A stretch of DNA of 64,000 bases from Schizosaccharomyces osmophilus. Lineage: Eukaryota. Below are positions 46,898 through 60,387 of the stretch, piece after piece. How positions within the stretch are numbered: position 1 is the stretch's first letter; the number at the start of each line of letters is the position of its first letter. Where the stretch lies: contig NC_079239.1 in the NCBI RefSeq assembly GCF_027921745.1, positions 2,294,001 to 2,358,000 on the forward strand, written 5' to 3'. Below the pieces are notes generated by a model that saw only the letters and a program-made list of their open reading frames with translations, was not told the origin of the DNA and ran no database searches. The position numbers and the translations under genes are program-made.

Positions 46898-48522
46898 ATG
46901 CCACCTAAAGAAGACTGGGAAAAGCAACCAAAGCAGGTTAATTCAGAAGAAAAAGATGAGAAAAATCCACCTCCTTTAGATGAAGGAGACATTGAGTTGC
47001 TTAAGAGCTACGTATGTCGTCAAACTTTGGCTTTCTTGCTTGAAACTAACAGACAACGATAGGCCACTGGACCGTATGCCAAAGACTTAACGACTACTAA
47101 GGAAGAAACAGAGGCTGTTTTGAAGCGGATAAATGACACTGTTGGTATGTCTACCATGCTTAATTGAAGAACGATTAGCTTGGTATTTAGCTTTATGAGA
47201 TTGCAATGCGATTTCAGGGAAGAAAATCTTTGACATCGTTCTTTTTGCGTTTGTATTTACGAATATATACTAACACATGGCAGGCATCAAAGAATCAGAC
47301 ACTGGTTTAGCTCCCCTTTCTTTCTGGGATGTTGCTGCCGATCGCCAAAGAATGAGTGAAGAGCAACCTTTGCAAGTTGCTAGATGTACAAAAATTATCG
47401 AAAATGAACAGTCTGCCGAAAAAAATGGTTACGTGATTAACCTAAAGCAAATTGCCAAGTTCGTTGTTAGTTTAGGAGAACGAGTTAGTCCTACTGATAT
47501 CGAAGAGGGAATGCGAGTTGGTTGTGATCGAAGCAAATATTCCATTCAGCTACCTCTCCCTCCCAAAATTGATCCTTCTGTTACAATGATGCAAGTCGAG
47601 GAGAAGCCCGATATTACATACGGTGATGTTGGTGGCTGTAAGGAACAAATTGAGCGTTTGCGTGAAGTCGTGGAACTTCCTTTACTTTCTGTATGTTGCG
47701 CAGCCAAAACGGCTTTTGTTTTTGTTTCTAAAGAACTAAGCTAACATAGTAACAGCCCGAGCGTTTTATAAAGTTGGGTATCGATCCTCCAAAAGGTGTC
47801 ATGCTTTACGGTCCCCCTGGTACTGGTAAAACCTTGTGTGCTCGTGCCGTAGCCAATCGAACTGATGCTACCTTCATTCGCGTTATTGGTTCAGAGTTGG
47901 TTCAAAAATATGTCGGTGAGGGTGCCCGTATGGTTCGTGAGCTTTTCGAAATGGCCCGGACGAAGAAAGCTTGTATTATCTTTTTTGATGAAATTGATGC
48001 TATTGGAGGTGCTCGTTTTGACGATGGCGCCGGTGGTGATAATGAAGTCCAAAGAACCATGTTAGAATTAATTACCCAACTTGACGGTTTCGATCCCCGT
48101 GGTAACATTAAAGTTCTTTTTGCTACCAACCGACCAAATACTTTAGATGAAGCTTTGATGCGTCCTGGCCGTATCGATCGTAAAGTTGAGTTTGGTCTAC
48201 CCGACTTAGAGGGCAGAGCAAACATTTTACGTATTCATGCTAAGAGGTATGTTCTTCTTTAATTAGTATGACGATCATTATTATATTAACTTAAAATAGT
48301 ATGGCGATTGATAAAGATATCCGATGGGAGTTAATTGCACGTCTTTGTCCCTCACAAACTGGTGCCGAATTACGGTCTGTCTGTACCGAGGCAGGAATGT
48401 TTGCAATCCGTGCTAGGAGAAGGGTAGCTACAGAAAAAGATTTCCTCGATTCTGTACAAAAGGTTGTTAAAGGTAACCAAAAGTTTAGTAGTACGGCCGA
48501 TTATATGAACATGAGTTCCTAG
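46898..48522 (+). CDS. rpt1: 19S proteasome AAA-ATPase Rpt1 (about 5 exons)
   Basis: [36 protein letters not shown]. Confidence 0.96.
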
Positions 48523-48778
48523 ATGATTCCATATGTCATGTTGCATTATTCTTTATGAAAAACCAGCCAATAGATTTTAGTTCAATGAAAACAAATTTAC
48601 TTATAATGATTAGCTGTATAAAATTTACAAAGATAGCGGTAAATAAATAGTATATAATTAATCTCATGTCAATAAATTTGAACATATAAGAGGAGGTCTT
48701 TATTTTTAATCTGTACAGGAATAGCATTCACGGTACATTATTACCGGCGAATAAACACATATAGAACATGCCATTAAT

Positions 48779-51700
48779 TCAAATGTTGTCGTCGCCTTCA
48801 TCATCAATTTCATAATTTTCTAGGAAGGCCGCATTTTCATTATCAGGAGCTAATGAAGCCGGTCTATAAAAGATGGAGCGTATACTTTGATAAAGGGCAT
48901 AGAAAAAGATAGGAATAGAAGCGAAAATTCCCTTTGTGAAAGATATGCTGCTATTAATAGGGCTCTCACCTTCGGAGTCAACACCAAGTCGAATGGCTCC
49001 TTTTAAATACTGCTGGGAGTATCGATAAAATATATAACCAAAAATAACCGCTAAAATTACTGAAATGGAAACCGAAAAAATGATGCTCCAATTTCCGGGT
49101 TTGGGATGCAACTTTTCATATTCTTTTTCTTTACCGGGACAAGCATGAGTTTTTCCAGAATCAAGTGGTAGTCCACCTTCACAAAAAGTCATCGGAGTGC
49201 GTTTATACCCGGTAGATTCTTTCCATTGAACAGCATCGTCAACTGCACATTGTTCACTTTCGGTATTTGGTGGTTGCAGGCCATGAACTAAAACGCAAGT
49301 ACCTTCCTTCATCCGGCGGAAATTATAATCACATTCAAAATCCATTCTAGTACACTGACAACGACTTATTAATTCCTCTTTGATTGAAAGGGAGGATCCG
49401 ATTTTACACTTCTTCTCAGGATTTTTTCTGTAGTATGAAGATACCCGACCAAGCAAACACATTTGTTTTCCTTCTAGATCGGTAGGAACCCATTTAACAA
49501 AATCACCTTCGCCGGAATCAAAATCTTCAAAGTCGAAACCACAAACCCTTCGATATAAAGGATCGAAGTCTATATAAACTGAGGATGTAGGGGAATTGTC
49601 ATCATCTGATGTAAGCAAAAGTATTTCGTGTCCTATACCAGAAGGTCTAGTGTTCAAATCCACCACCACCTCCTCTTCATCTGAGAATACAAACTCCTTC
49701 CAAGTTCTTCCTTCGTCGACGGAGTATTGAATCACATTTGTCGGAGTCATACTCTCTACAGCTACGATTAGTGACCCGCTGTCTAAGAAAGCCCACAAGT
49801 ATGGAGAATCAAATATGCGATACCATGAAACTCCTGCGTCTCTTGATATGAAGGTTTGAGATTCCTCGTAAGGAAGTAAATAAGGCGAGAAACTACCAAC
49901 ACCTATCATAATACCAACGGCTGCACTTGACGAGGTGGGATCTGAAAACTGATTCCGTTCGGTATATCCATGAAGATTAAGATGACAGCTCTTACCACAT
50001 TTTGGCGAAATCTTTTCTCCGTCAACCAAAACTAAACGCTTCCAGTCTAAGCCATCGTTAAAAGTTATCAGCGAATGAAGCTTTTTATCTCCTCCGTCTC
50101 CCAGCTCATGAACATTGCTAACTATATTTGCCAAAGCAACACCACGAATACCTTCCACACGTTCAAAATCGACGTAACCGATGGAATCTCGATTTACATT
50201 CTCTAAAGAAGTCATAAAATACGTTCCGTTTGAATTGGATTTAAGGACATCACCCCATTCGGATCCCAATCGAGCTGAAGTAGTAACATGAATAAACAAA
50301 GAATGAGTTGTGGAGTCGAGGATGGTGTATGACTGTTTTGGATTAACATTCAAATAACCAGGGAAATCACAGGATGCGAAATCTAATCCATCTATGGAAA
50401 CCTGAAGAGATAAGGAGCTTCCTTCATTATCCTGAACGGCTAATACGACATACTTATCTTCAATCATGAAACCAACAACGTTATCCATTATTTCATATTC
50501 GATATTTTCAAAAAAATCGGTCGACGCATACAGATTCTTCTGAAATATATCCTCTTCACTTGTCCGAAGGCAAAAAATCAGAGAATCATCCACTAAAAGG
50601 TTTTCACCACGAATCCAAGAGCAGTATTCATATTCATCAGATAACTGAGTCCAATTATCACCATAGTCCAGAGAATAAAAAACAACATCATGGCATGTCT
50701 CAGAATAAGGTCCATTCTCACATCCAGACTCACCAGTAAACATCAACCAGGAAGGACGGGTTGGATGAGACATCAGCGATAACTTTCCATTATGGTTTAC
50801 AGAAGCAGGAGCTTTAAACTTGTAAAAGCTTCTACCTCTATTATTCGTAAAATAGACCTCATTTCTATGATTGATCAGATAGACCGTGTTCTTTTGATAG
50901 GAATCAGGATAAATTGCAACAAACTTCTCTCTAGTAAATTTGTTCCATGCTTTTCCGCTATCAGAACTAAAGTAAACATAAGAACTTTTAGAGAGACCAA
51001 TTAAAAATGTTTTTTCTTCTGGGACTGTTCCTTCGAGGTAAATTATATCAATTAGCTCTTCTGGGAAATCGTGAACACTAGCAGTAAGCTCACGTCCAGG
51101 TACATTGAAATCATCACAACTAAAGCTTTTGGGCTTCTCAAAATCACCATTTTTCTTCGATGTGCAGGTGTTACCAGGGATACGTCGGTAAGAATATTTT
51201 TCAAAGCTTGATACGTCTTCAGCAGCACATATTACACTACCAACGAAAGGTAGCAATTCACAGGTGCCATCTTCATTTGAAGAAAACTGCGTATTGCATT
51301 CGTAGCTAGACTCGTCACATTCGCAATCTTTTGAAGAATGATGAACTTTCTTTAATGATCGCGGTGCTGAGCAAACAGCATCGCGCTTTTTTCTCCAGGA
51401 TGACTCGATTCTTCCCATTTCAGAACAGGCTGGCTTCCCCTTTTCATATTTAGTATACCATAGTTCAAAGTCGTTCTTTCCTGATTCCTGGGAACTATAG
51501 CGACATTCTTTCAGGAATTTTCCAAAGTTTAATGAGTAAACTAGGCGTTTCGAGCCATCATTTTCAGCTTCAGAGACCAGGTAAAAGATGTCAGAATAAG
51601 GATCTACAGAAGGGTAGACTCTGAGGGGTTTAATGGGTCTATCCAAACTCAAAGTTATCCAGGTTCGTCCACGATTAAGGGAGTAATATACTTCGTCAGT

Positions 51701-53223
51701 TACTTTTTCTTCGCAAGCAAAGAAGATAGAGCCGAAGCCAGACATCGCAAAAAATTGGAAACCAGATCGGCTTAAAGCCCATGTACGACCAGCATCTTCG
51801 GACACAAACAACGACATCTCTTCCTTATATGATAAATGTGGTGTTGCCGAACCCAAAGCCAGCAAAACTCCAGGAGCAAAAGGAGAGAATTTCATTCCAT
51901 AGGAAGAACGAGGATCCATATAAAGGTTTAATGAACAATTGTCATCATCTTCATCACAAGCATCTGAAGGAGGAGTCAAGGTTGACCATGATTTACCACC
52001 ATTAAAAGTAACATATGTCTTTAGCAGCTTTTCCGCCATTGGATTTGAGTCTACCTCTTTCAAATTGTCTACTGAATTCACAAACATCAGCCCGTCAACA
52101 TTATTCACTTGAGTAAAGTCAACGTAACCATCTAGATACCTGTTTGTACCGGACATCCGAAGAACAAATGTGCTTGAATCAAAATCAAGTGTATACAAAA
52201 CACCAGTCGGGTTATTAGGATGAGAGTCCAAGTTGTCTACTACTAAAGCATAATCAGTAGAGGGTAGAATAGTAAAAGCATCAAATTCAAACCCTTTGTG
52301 AAATTTCAGAGTCTCTTGCCAGTTAATTCCGTCTTGAGAGACATATACGAAGAGCTTACCGGTGGCAGCATCCAATAATGCAGTAATTATAAAAGAACCG
52401 GTAGTAAGCACTCCATAGACGCCATCAGAACCAAGTAGATGATGAAGTCGGATAGGAATTAAGGAATTAAACCAGTCATTAGTAGAGATTAAACGTTTAT
52501 TAAAGGGAGGGTGAGATGCTTTCTGTGGGGTTTCAGATATACATATTATTTGGTCATCTGAAGCCACTTCCATGAGTTCTGTTGAATGTGAAAAGATACA
52601 GTATGAGACGCCTACTGGCGCTGAATTTGCCCCTGAAGTAAAACCATCATTGGTATAGTATATATCTGGTCGACAAACCCTTCCAACCCAGTTGTTCGAG
52701 GAGGAACAGTACATGTTATTAAAGATCACATAGTCTGGGTTACCTGCATGAAAATGGAAAGCAATTTGGGATGGATTTGCTTGATGCTGTAATAGAAAAT
52801 AATCCCAGGAATCGCCATTGTCATAACTATAGTAAACATAGTTGCAGTCCGTCAATGCGAATACACGTGAGCTTGTATAAGTATGCTTAACAAGGGATTT
52901 AATATGGCAATTTTGGTCGGGAACATCACCTTTTTGCCAATTTTCACCATTGTCATTTGACAAGTAAAGATCACCATTATCTGGATCGAGAAACAAGACA
53001 TTCTGAATATAGATATTAGTTCAATTCCTCAAAGAAATAAAAAACATACGCTAGAATCCTCGAATGTCATGAAATCTTTCACATTGGCATCGAAAATAGT
53101 CTCTGTAATCTCCGCGGCAGGCGCAGCTGTAATTCTTGAAAACAATAAAGATACCGCTAGTATGCAACTCAGTATAGGAAGTAGAGTACCCCCCATATGA
53201 GGCATTCTAGTCTTTAAACGCAT
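48779..53223 (-). CDS. vps10: vacuolar sorting receptor Vps10 (intron 53003-53049)
   Basis: Signal peptide, two Vps10 domains with BNR repeats and Cys-rich segments, single TM near the C-terminus. Confidence 0.94.
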
Positions 53224-53856
53224 TCTTGATTATTGGTAGCAGTTAGCTTACATCCTGCTTTCTAGCTTTAATTAAGGAGTTCACTAGTGTTCGTAATATA
53301 ATGAGCTGCTATAGTAAATCTCTGGATACGTTTGGATAAATGCAGAATAAAAACTGTAAAATACAGAAAGATATAGAAAATTAAAAGGTACTATGGACCC
53401 AAATCCCGTAAGGAAATACGAGTTTCTTGACCAAAACAGTGTTCTATTTCAAATATAAGAGATTTGAAAATTATCTAGCGTACATAAGACATAAAAGTTG
53501 AATCGCTCTGTCCATAAAATGAAAATAAGCCTTCATATCACTTGGAACAGAAAGCAATCGTATATATAAATTAGATAAAGCGAACCCAATTGGAAAGCAG
53601 AGTACCTTACTCTACTGTTTTGGGTCTGTCTATTCATATTCCATAAAACTATTTTTCTGATAAGTGAAATGAAATAATAGAGCACGGACATACTCAACAG
53701 ACCGAACCAACTATCATGTTTAACTAAACGAAAGTCCAACCATGAAAAGTGAACACCAAGTGACAAAATACTTAGGGGATGTGAGTACGCGCTAGATTGG
53801 GTTATACGTCGTTTATAGCTTTCTTTTTGATTATCAAAGTTTAACAATCCACAAGC

Positions 53857-54466
53857 TTACTTCCTTTTAGACTTGGTATCTTCAACGACAACGATGTTGT
53901 CTTCAGGGATCTCTTTAAACTTCTCTGCGATATAATCGAAAATATCATACCCTAAGTCACCTTGAATAACAATTTCATCCTTCTTGTCGGCAGTTTTGGT
54001 GACACTGGCACCTGTCGCGAATTTATTGGCGAGCATCTTTGCAGCCTTTTTGGTTTCAATGTTGAACGCATCAAGTCCTTGAACGGTGGTTACTCTCTTT
54101 CTCTTGGTTCGCTCAATGGTTTTTATGTAAACCTTGGAAGACATTCTCTTTGCTTCTTCTCTCTCAAACCTGCGTTCTTCCTTTGTCAACTTTGTAGACT
54201 CTTCTCCTTCAATAGGTTCTTCAGCAACATTTAAGTTTTTGTTCGTTTCAGAGGCTAAGTCTGAATCCGAATACAACTTTTGGTAAACGTCTTCATGAGT
54301 AGATTTAAGCCATGCTTTGCATTTCTTCAGAGTTCCGCTAAATTCACAGTACTTTCAGTGTTAGTTAAAAACAGCCATTTTTTAAATAATTTCATACCTC
54401 TACTGGTAAAGTGCAGACGTCGCAATACAAAAAGCTTGTAATTTTAGGTGTCTCTACCTCTGCCAT
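53857..54466 (-). CDS. tma22: DENR/Tma22 translation re-initiation factor (2 exons)
   Basis: YCDVCTLPVE/YCEF zinc motif and SUI1-like domain (KFATGASV, IVIQGD). Confidence 0.92.
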
Positions 54467-55074
54467 TTTTTATGAATGTTGGTTTTGTGCAGCAGTGTAC
54501 CTGCTACCAACTTAAGGATGTAGTACTCTACATTTGTCAATTAAATATATAAAACTAGAAACGAATATTAATTAAGAAGTAGAGATATATAAGTAAAAGC
54601 TTATATTTTCAAAGTACAAACTTTCATCTGTCCTATTTTGTGTATGATTTTATTTTTTTTCACTTTGATTACTAGGATCACAATAAACGATAGAGTAAAA
54701 TAGAAGAAAATAGAAGAAATCCATAAACATATGGTAAACAAAGACAAAGTATTCACAAAGCCAGAGATGTACGCGACAATCGTGAGCAACGGCAGAATAT
54801 TATTAAATAAACAAAAAGAATGGACCATAAGACAAGGATTAAGGACAAACACAGATATTAAAACATTTTAAAAAGAAGTAAATATTATACAAATCGATTT
54901 GCTAAACAGCAATGTAAGCTTTCGCCTAACATAATTTCAAGTTCCGAAGGACTTCATGAGTGTCTAGATGTTAGTGTTTTTTGAGGTATATTAAACGAAG
55001 AAAAGGTAAAAATAAAGAAAAAAGGTATCAAAACAATTGTTGCATTTCTTTTCCGAAATACGCTGTCCCTGGAA

Positions 55075-56112
55075 TTACGTACCTCTCACTTGCAAAGAGC
55101 GAACCTTTACTGAGTGTACAGGAGAAAACTTTATCGCATCGAATTTATATAAAAAAGGAGAAACAGCTCTTCTCTTAGGCAAATCCGTGAAATCTTCACT
55201 CAAGCGCAACCTTTTTTTTGAATGAATACCGACCTCGTTTTCTTTGTGCTGTGGCGAAGAAAATACATTTTTTGGCGACTGGAGATTTAACCCATTAGTT
55301 GTCATGCTGCACGAGGACCTTTTTCTCGGTGTCTGAGTTACAGCCGGTGAAAAGAACGTATTTGATTTTTCCATTGAAGTTGCGGAAATCCGCGATTCTG
55401 CAACTGCGGAAGGACTTGCCGGAGTTTCTTTTTCTTTCCGAATATTAGGTAATTCTTGGGGTTTTTCCCTTGAATGAAGAAGAGCTGATGAATGAACAGG
55501 ATTATAAATATTCGCGTTTGAGCTACGCACACTTCCCGCCGTCATTCTAGCAAATTCTGACTCGTTCCGCAATTCGATTTCCCATGGTGAAGCTTCCTCA
55601 TAAAGTGCATTTGCAACACGCTGAAACATTTTCGGTTTAGGAAGGAGTGATTTTCTTCGGAGACCTGGTGATAAAGTTTTTAAGCTTCTGCGCGTCGGGG
55701 AAACAGAATATGTTTCCTTTAAATATTTAGGATTATAGTTTCCTGGGACTTCATTGGCAATGCTCCAGTTCGTGGACTTTAAGAACACTGAAGCATTCCT
55801 CTCTGGAGTAGATACGTTTGTCGACGACAAAGGATTCTGAGGAGTTGGAAAAGACTCCATGTCATCGTCTCGATCACATTCAGGCTTCATAGTGTCCTCG
55901 TCCATCATCGACATATCAAATGGTAAGCTTTGATTTTGATAGTTCATACAACATGGCACCGTAGACGGAGATATGTCTGGGGAAGATGCCGTAAAGCTCT
56001 GATGAAGATTGGAGCAACGCATACTTTTCTCTCTGTTTAAAGCAAAAAAGCTAAGGTGCGAATTCGAAGCCTCGAAAGAGCCTCCTTTGACTGTACGAGA
56101 TGGCCAACCCAT
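55075..56112 (-). CDS. low-complexity fungal protein, probably the Dbl6 ortholog
   Basis: 345-aa ORF with LLPKPKMFQRVANALYEEASP motif; identity inferred only from recalled S. pombe gene order. Confidence 0.7.
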   Translation of the reverse strand: MGWPSRTVKGGSFEASNSHLSFFALNREKSMRCSNLHQSFTASSPDISPSTVPCCMNYQNQSLPFDMSMMDEDTMKPECDRDDDMESFPTPQNPLSSTNVSTPERNASVFLKSTNWSIANEVPGNYNPKYLKETYSVSPTRRSLKTLSPGLRRKSLLPKPKMFQRVANALYEEASPWEIELRNESEFARMTAGSVRSSNANIYNPVHSSALLHSREKPQELPNIRKEKETPASPSAVAESRISATSMEKSNTFFSPAVTQTPRKRSSCSMTTNGLNLQSPKNVFSSPQHKENEVGIHSKKRLRLSEDFTDLPKRRAVSPFLYKFDAIKFSPVHSVKVRSLQVRGT

Positions 56113-56324
56113 ACTCGAATTGAGTGCTTAATTTACTTAATTTTTTGTAAATTCCAATATATATGAAAATTTAAATCTCATTCTTTATTATATATCCAAC
56201 TCCTTCGTAATCGACCGACTTTCAACTTCAAAAGTACTGTTATGGTTTAGGGTAGCCTATTTATACGTAGCAAATTTACTCTACCTTAGGTGATCTGAGT
56301 GGTGATATATCGTCTTAGAAGGAT

Positions 56325-58480
56325 GTGTTGCATGATTTTGCAGAATCGAATTTCGTACAGGATATATTTATAAAATTAGAACCTTTATGCTTCTTTCAAC
56401 CTTTTATAAGTCCTTATAAAGCTTTGAAGTGCTTACATTCCACTGCTACTGATGTTGTACACTTTGTTATAACATCCAACAATGGGGTTTTAGTGAATAG
56501 TTCCATTAAACGGGGAATGAGTTATATAAACTTCAAGTTTTCTTTGCATCTATCATCAGTTGTTGTGGCTTCGGGAAGTTGTAGAATGCTGAAAGCACAT
56601 GCTTGCAAAGATATGTCAGTTCAAACCTTTGCATAAACAAGCCCTTAATTGTAGCCAATTAGTTTAGAAAAGTACCAAATTAAAGAAGAATCAATCACTG
56701 AAGCTTTCTACAGCGTCCTACTAGCAGAGTGTCAAGTTTTGTAAAGACCACTGTGATTTCTATTTAATCCAAGTGGGTTTTTATTCATAAGCTTTAACTA
56801 ATTACTAGTTAATATACTTACTTTCGTATTTCTTTCGTATTGCTGGAAAATATCACAGACCATCTTCCTCTAGATACACCCTTTGAATCAGACTCTGTAA
56901 CTGCAAATTACAGCACATACCAGGTTTTTTAACAGTGTTGCAACGAGATGTTGGCTTAATGAGTATCATCAGCGATTCATAAGAGGTTTAATTTCTTTAT
57001 TTATTAAGCTTTGGTATTTTTGGAAAGGAAATTGGCATGAATTGTATCAGGGTAAAAGCTTTTGTGATGAATTAATACGAAGTGTTGAAAGCACGAACTA
57101 CAAAGCCAAAGGCAAATCGAAATTCAAAAGTGAAATCATGTACTTTTTTGCCGAAGCAAAAAAGTAAAATGCGAAAGAAGGCGCCTTGCAAAAGTTGCAT
57201 TATAAGGAGACGGCCTGATTCTTGCACTTTTAAGAATACAGAGCGAGCAATTCCTGCTTCAGTTAAGTAAAATGAAGTAACCGCGTTAGACCAAACTTCT
57301 GAATATGATTCTAGTGCTGTAAACGAGAGATCTTACTACAGATTTTATACTTCGTTATCAAATGAAAAGCTTGGACATTGTAGGCTCAAGACTCTCGTTG
57401 ATTGAATGAAACAGCATAGGCATGTACCTAATTCTCTGGTAGAAATCACTATGGCGGAATCATTTCGATTCTAGGTACTATTGATGCTATATATACTGTT
57501 TTATCTCCCATCAAAGTCGCTAGGATACTTGCTGATTTAAACTTTTTATTCTTTCGATAATATACGGCACGTCGTCCCAAAGAAAAGGCTAGAAAGCATC
57601 TTAGCGAAATACTCTAGGGATGTACGATCGTTGGGTGCATAGGAAATGATACTTTTATTAACGGTTTTTTCCACATCTCTTTCCTTGCCAAATGTATCTG
57701 AATTTTGTCCAGAGTATTTCAATTCCATCAATTTAGATGCAAGAGAAGTGAAAGAATACTTTTTTAAAACCATTGAGTTGACCTCTGACGCGGATATTCT
57801 CAAATGCTTTCCTAGAAGTATTGATTTCTTTTACTCTTACGTGTTACAGGAATTTCAGAGCTTTTTGCAAAATTATAACAAAGAAAACGTTGAAATGAAC
57901 TTTCTCAAAGTCCTTCATTCATTCGTGAACAAAATCATTTACCAGCCGTTTTTGCTTGCCAAGTTTATGGAACCCAACCAGAACATTGTGTTTACCTAAA
58001 CTTGCTGATGCAATTCTTTATTCTACCCGCCTAGTTTTAAACTTTCTTACATTTTCGATCAGCTTCATTTTCCAAAACTTTTGTTCAGAGTCGACCTTAA
58101 TCCCTTAGGCCTATTACTGTTTTGCTGCTGCTGCTGTGAACATGGCTATTGGTTTATTAAATACTTTGAACATAGTTCATAGATTTCGTGATTATGCCAG
58201 AACAAAGGTCGGCTGTTCTAAGGTGCCGCAAATCATTGACCGGTTTATCGACTTAATTTCTAACATTCAGGGATTGGGAGTCTCTTATACTTGGTAAAGA
58301 AATAGACCAGTTTTCCACAGAAGCACCTGGACAGAATCCCGCTAACCTTTTTTCGAAAAACTTCATGAATTTTGACTTTCCAACGAGTCAATAAACGTGG
58401 ATGAATTCCTGGGTCTCTTTATTTAAGTATACCATTTGTTAATCGTCTACTCTATGTAGGTCATCTATTTAGTGTAAGAA
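56325..58480 (+). pseudogene. possible decayed multi-exon gene of unknown family
   Basis: Protein-like ORF fragments (56325-56636, 57646-57999) and intron-like GT..CTAAT/CTAAC..AG segments, interrupted by stops. Confidence 0.35.
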
Positions 58481-58689
58481 ACCAAGCTTAAACTAAACGG
58501 AGGAATCACCTTCACTATCGCCCGTAATAAAGCATAACAGTTTTACCTAATCTTTTCTTTTCTGGTTTTGAACAAAAGAGTAAGGCTACATTGTGCTCGC
58601 TTTGTCTTTGCTTTCCTGACTATCGGAAAGTGCATAGGATCTAACCCATCACACCAAATTTACTGAACAAACCAAACTGTTTAGACCTT

Positions 58690-59149
58690 CAAGTCGGTAC
58701 ATTCACGAGTGCTGAGTATTTCATTAGGATCATTATATATCAGCTACTTGAGAAATTTTTACCTAGGAAATGCCTGTGATAGAACCAAAAAAAAAAACCA
58801 AACCAGTCGAAGAAATTGATTTTTCCTTTCTTTCAGCAGCCTGTGGGATCCTAGCCATCTTTGCTGGACAGATAAACAACCATAATGCCGACAACATATA
58901 TTTATTTGTTGATTTGAACAATTCTTTAGTACTTACACTAACAGAATTAAGCATGGAATCTTCTTCATGATTCTGTTCAGAGTATTCCGGAGCCAAGATC
59001 GGACGTAAACATAAACAACCTTTCTCCAAATCGTTTAGATAAAAATTATCGCTGTATCTCGGTAAACAACTGTCTGAACTATTAGAAGCCAAAGAAGATT
59101 CGGCTGGTTTAGCAGCATCTAACTGCATTTCTTTCTCTGTTCCGTTCAT
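58690..59149 (-). pseudogene. wtf-like relic (PY-motif N-terminus plus disrupted hydrophobic segments)
   Basis: LPRYSD, DLEKG, APEYSE; shifted frame IYVVGIMVVYLSSKDG*..FFDWFGFFFW; intron-like 58712-58762. Confidence 0.4.
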
Positions 59150-60387
59150 TGTTAATAAAAAAAAAACGATAACTTCAACTATCTCTGAGATGGTCTCAGT
59201 GGATAGCGAAAATTACCCTAGTAGGTAATAGAAGAATCAACTATGCATAAAGCTCCATAGAATAGCGCCTAAATCAAATCACGGCATCAAGTGAACTAAA
59301 AATCCGCTTAAACCATTCAAGGAAAGAGAAACCAAACCGCAATTGCAAAAACTAGAGTTCCGTACAGGTGAAGCTGCCATCCAACCCATTTAGGCTGTCT
59401 TTTGCTGCCTTTCGCTATATTACTTTGCGCAAATATGCAAATATCATTTCAAATGGATTTTTACCAGTTACCTCTGTGAGGTAGCAATGTTAATTCTAGA
59501 GTAACGGTTTGTTTACGTTGTTTATGCTGGGCTGAAAAGATAGTACTTATCAATGGCAAGTATCCATTCCCTGGTTTCTTTTAAACAGTAAAAGTATTCA
59601 CACTTATTTATATATTTATCTTGCGTCAGGTTCTAGAGATTGGTGTTGCCGCTGTAGCTATCAAATGGTCCAGTCCCAAAGTTCTTCATCTATCTATGCT
59701 AGTAATAGAAAGCTGTATTCCCAGTGGAAAAAACGTCTGTGTTTATACGATTATGATTATATAGGTTAGACTTCTTAGTATCAATGAGATATGTATGTAA
59801 GTAAATTTATGTTACTAAACCTTGACACATAAATTGTAAAATACCAGCCATGAAACTTCAACAGGCTGAGTATTTATGGTTTATGACGCGACTATAAAAC
59901 TGAAGCTGTTTATAAAATAAATAAAACTTTTTTAAAGTTTATTGATATATTCATTCCTGACGAACACTAAACTGATCTGCTTCTATGTCCAAGACCAAGT
60001 TTTAAGTTAGATCTCTGTTTCTACACTACTTGAAGGAATTTTTGAGAAGGACTGACGATGTAGTGAGTTATAAAGATAAAAGAGATTGCAAACATTAAGA
60101 AAGTCATAATAATATAGGCTGTTGAAGACTCCGGGCAACACAGTGCATAATAACAGTTTACAAGCTTTTACTTGTTGATTTGTAAGTTCCTTCATTCATT
60201 TTTTCTTCTTGTATTTTTTGATAATCCCTCTTACACAAGCAGGAGGAATAAACTGATGATTGTCTAAACTTATCATCGTTGCCCCACTATGTTATTAGTC
60301 ATACACTACGTCTTGATAAACAGACCTTTTTGTATATAAAGAACCATTACCAAAACTTTCATTACTAGTGTAGAGATAAAAGCAATT

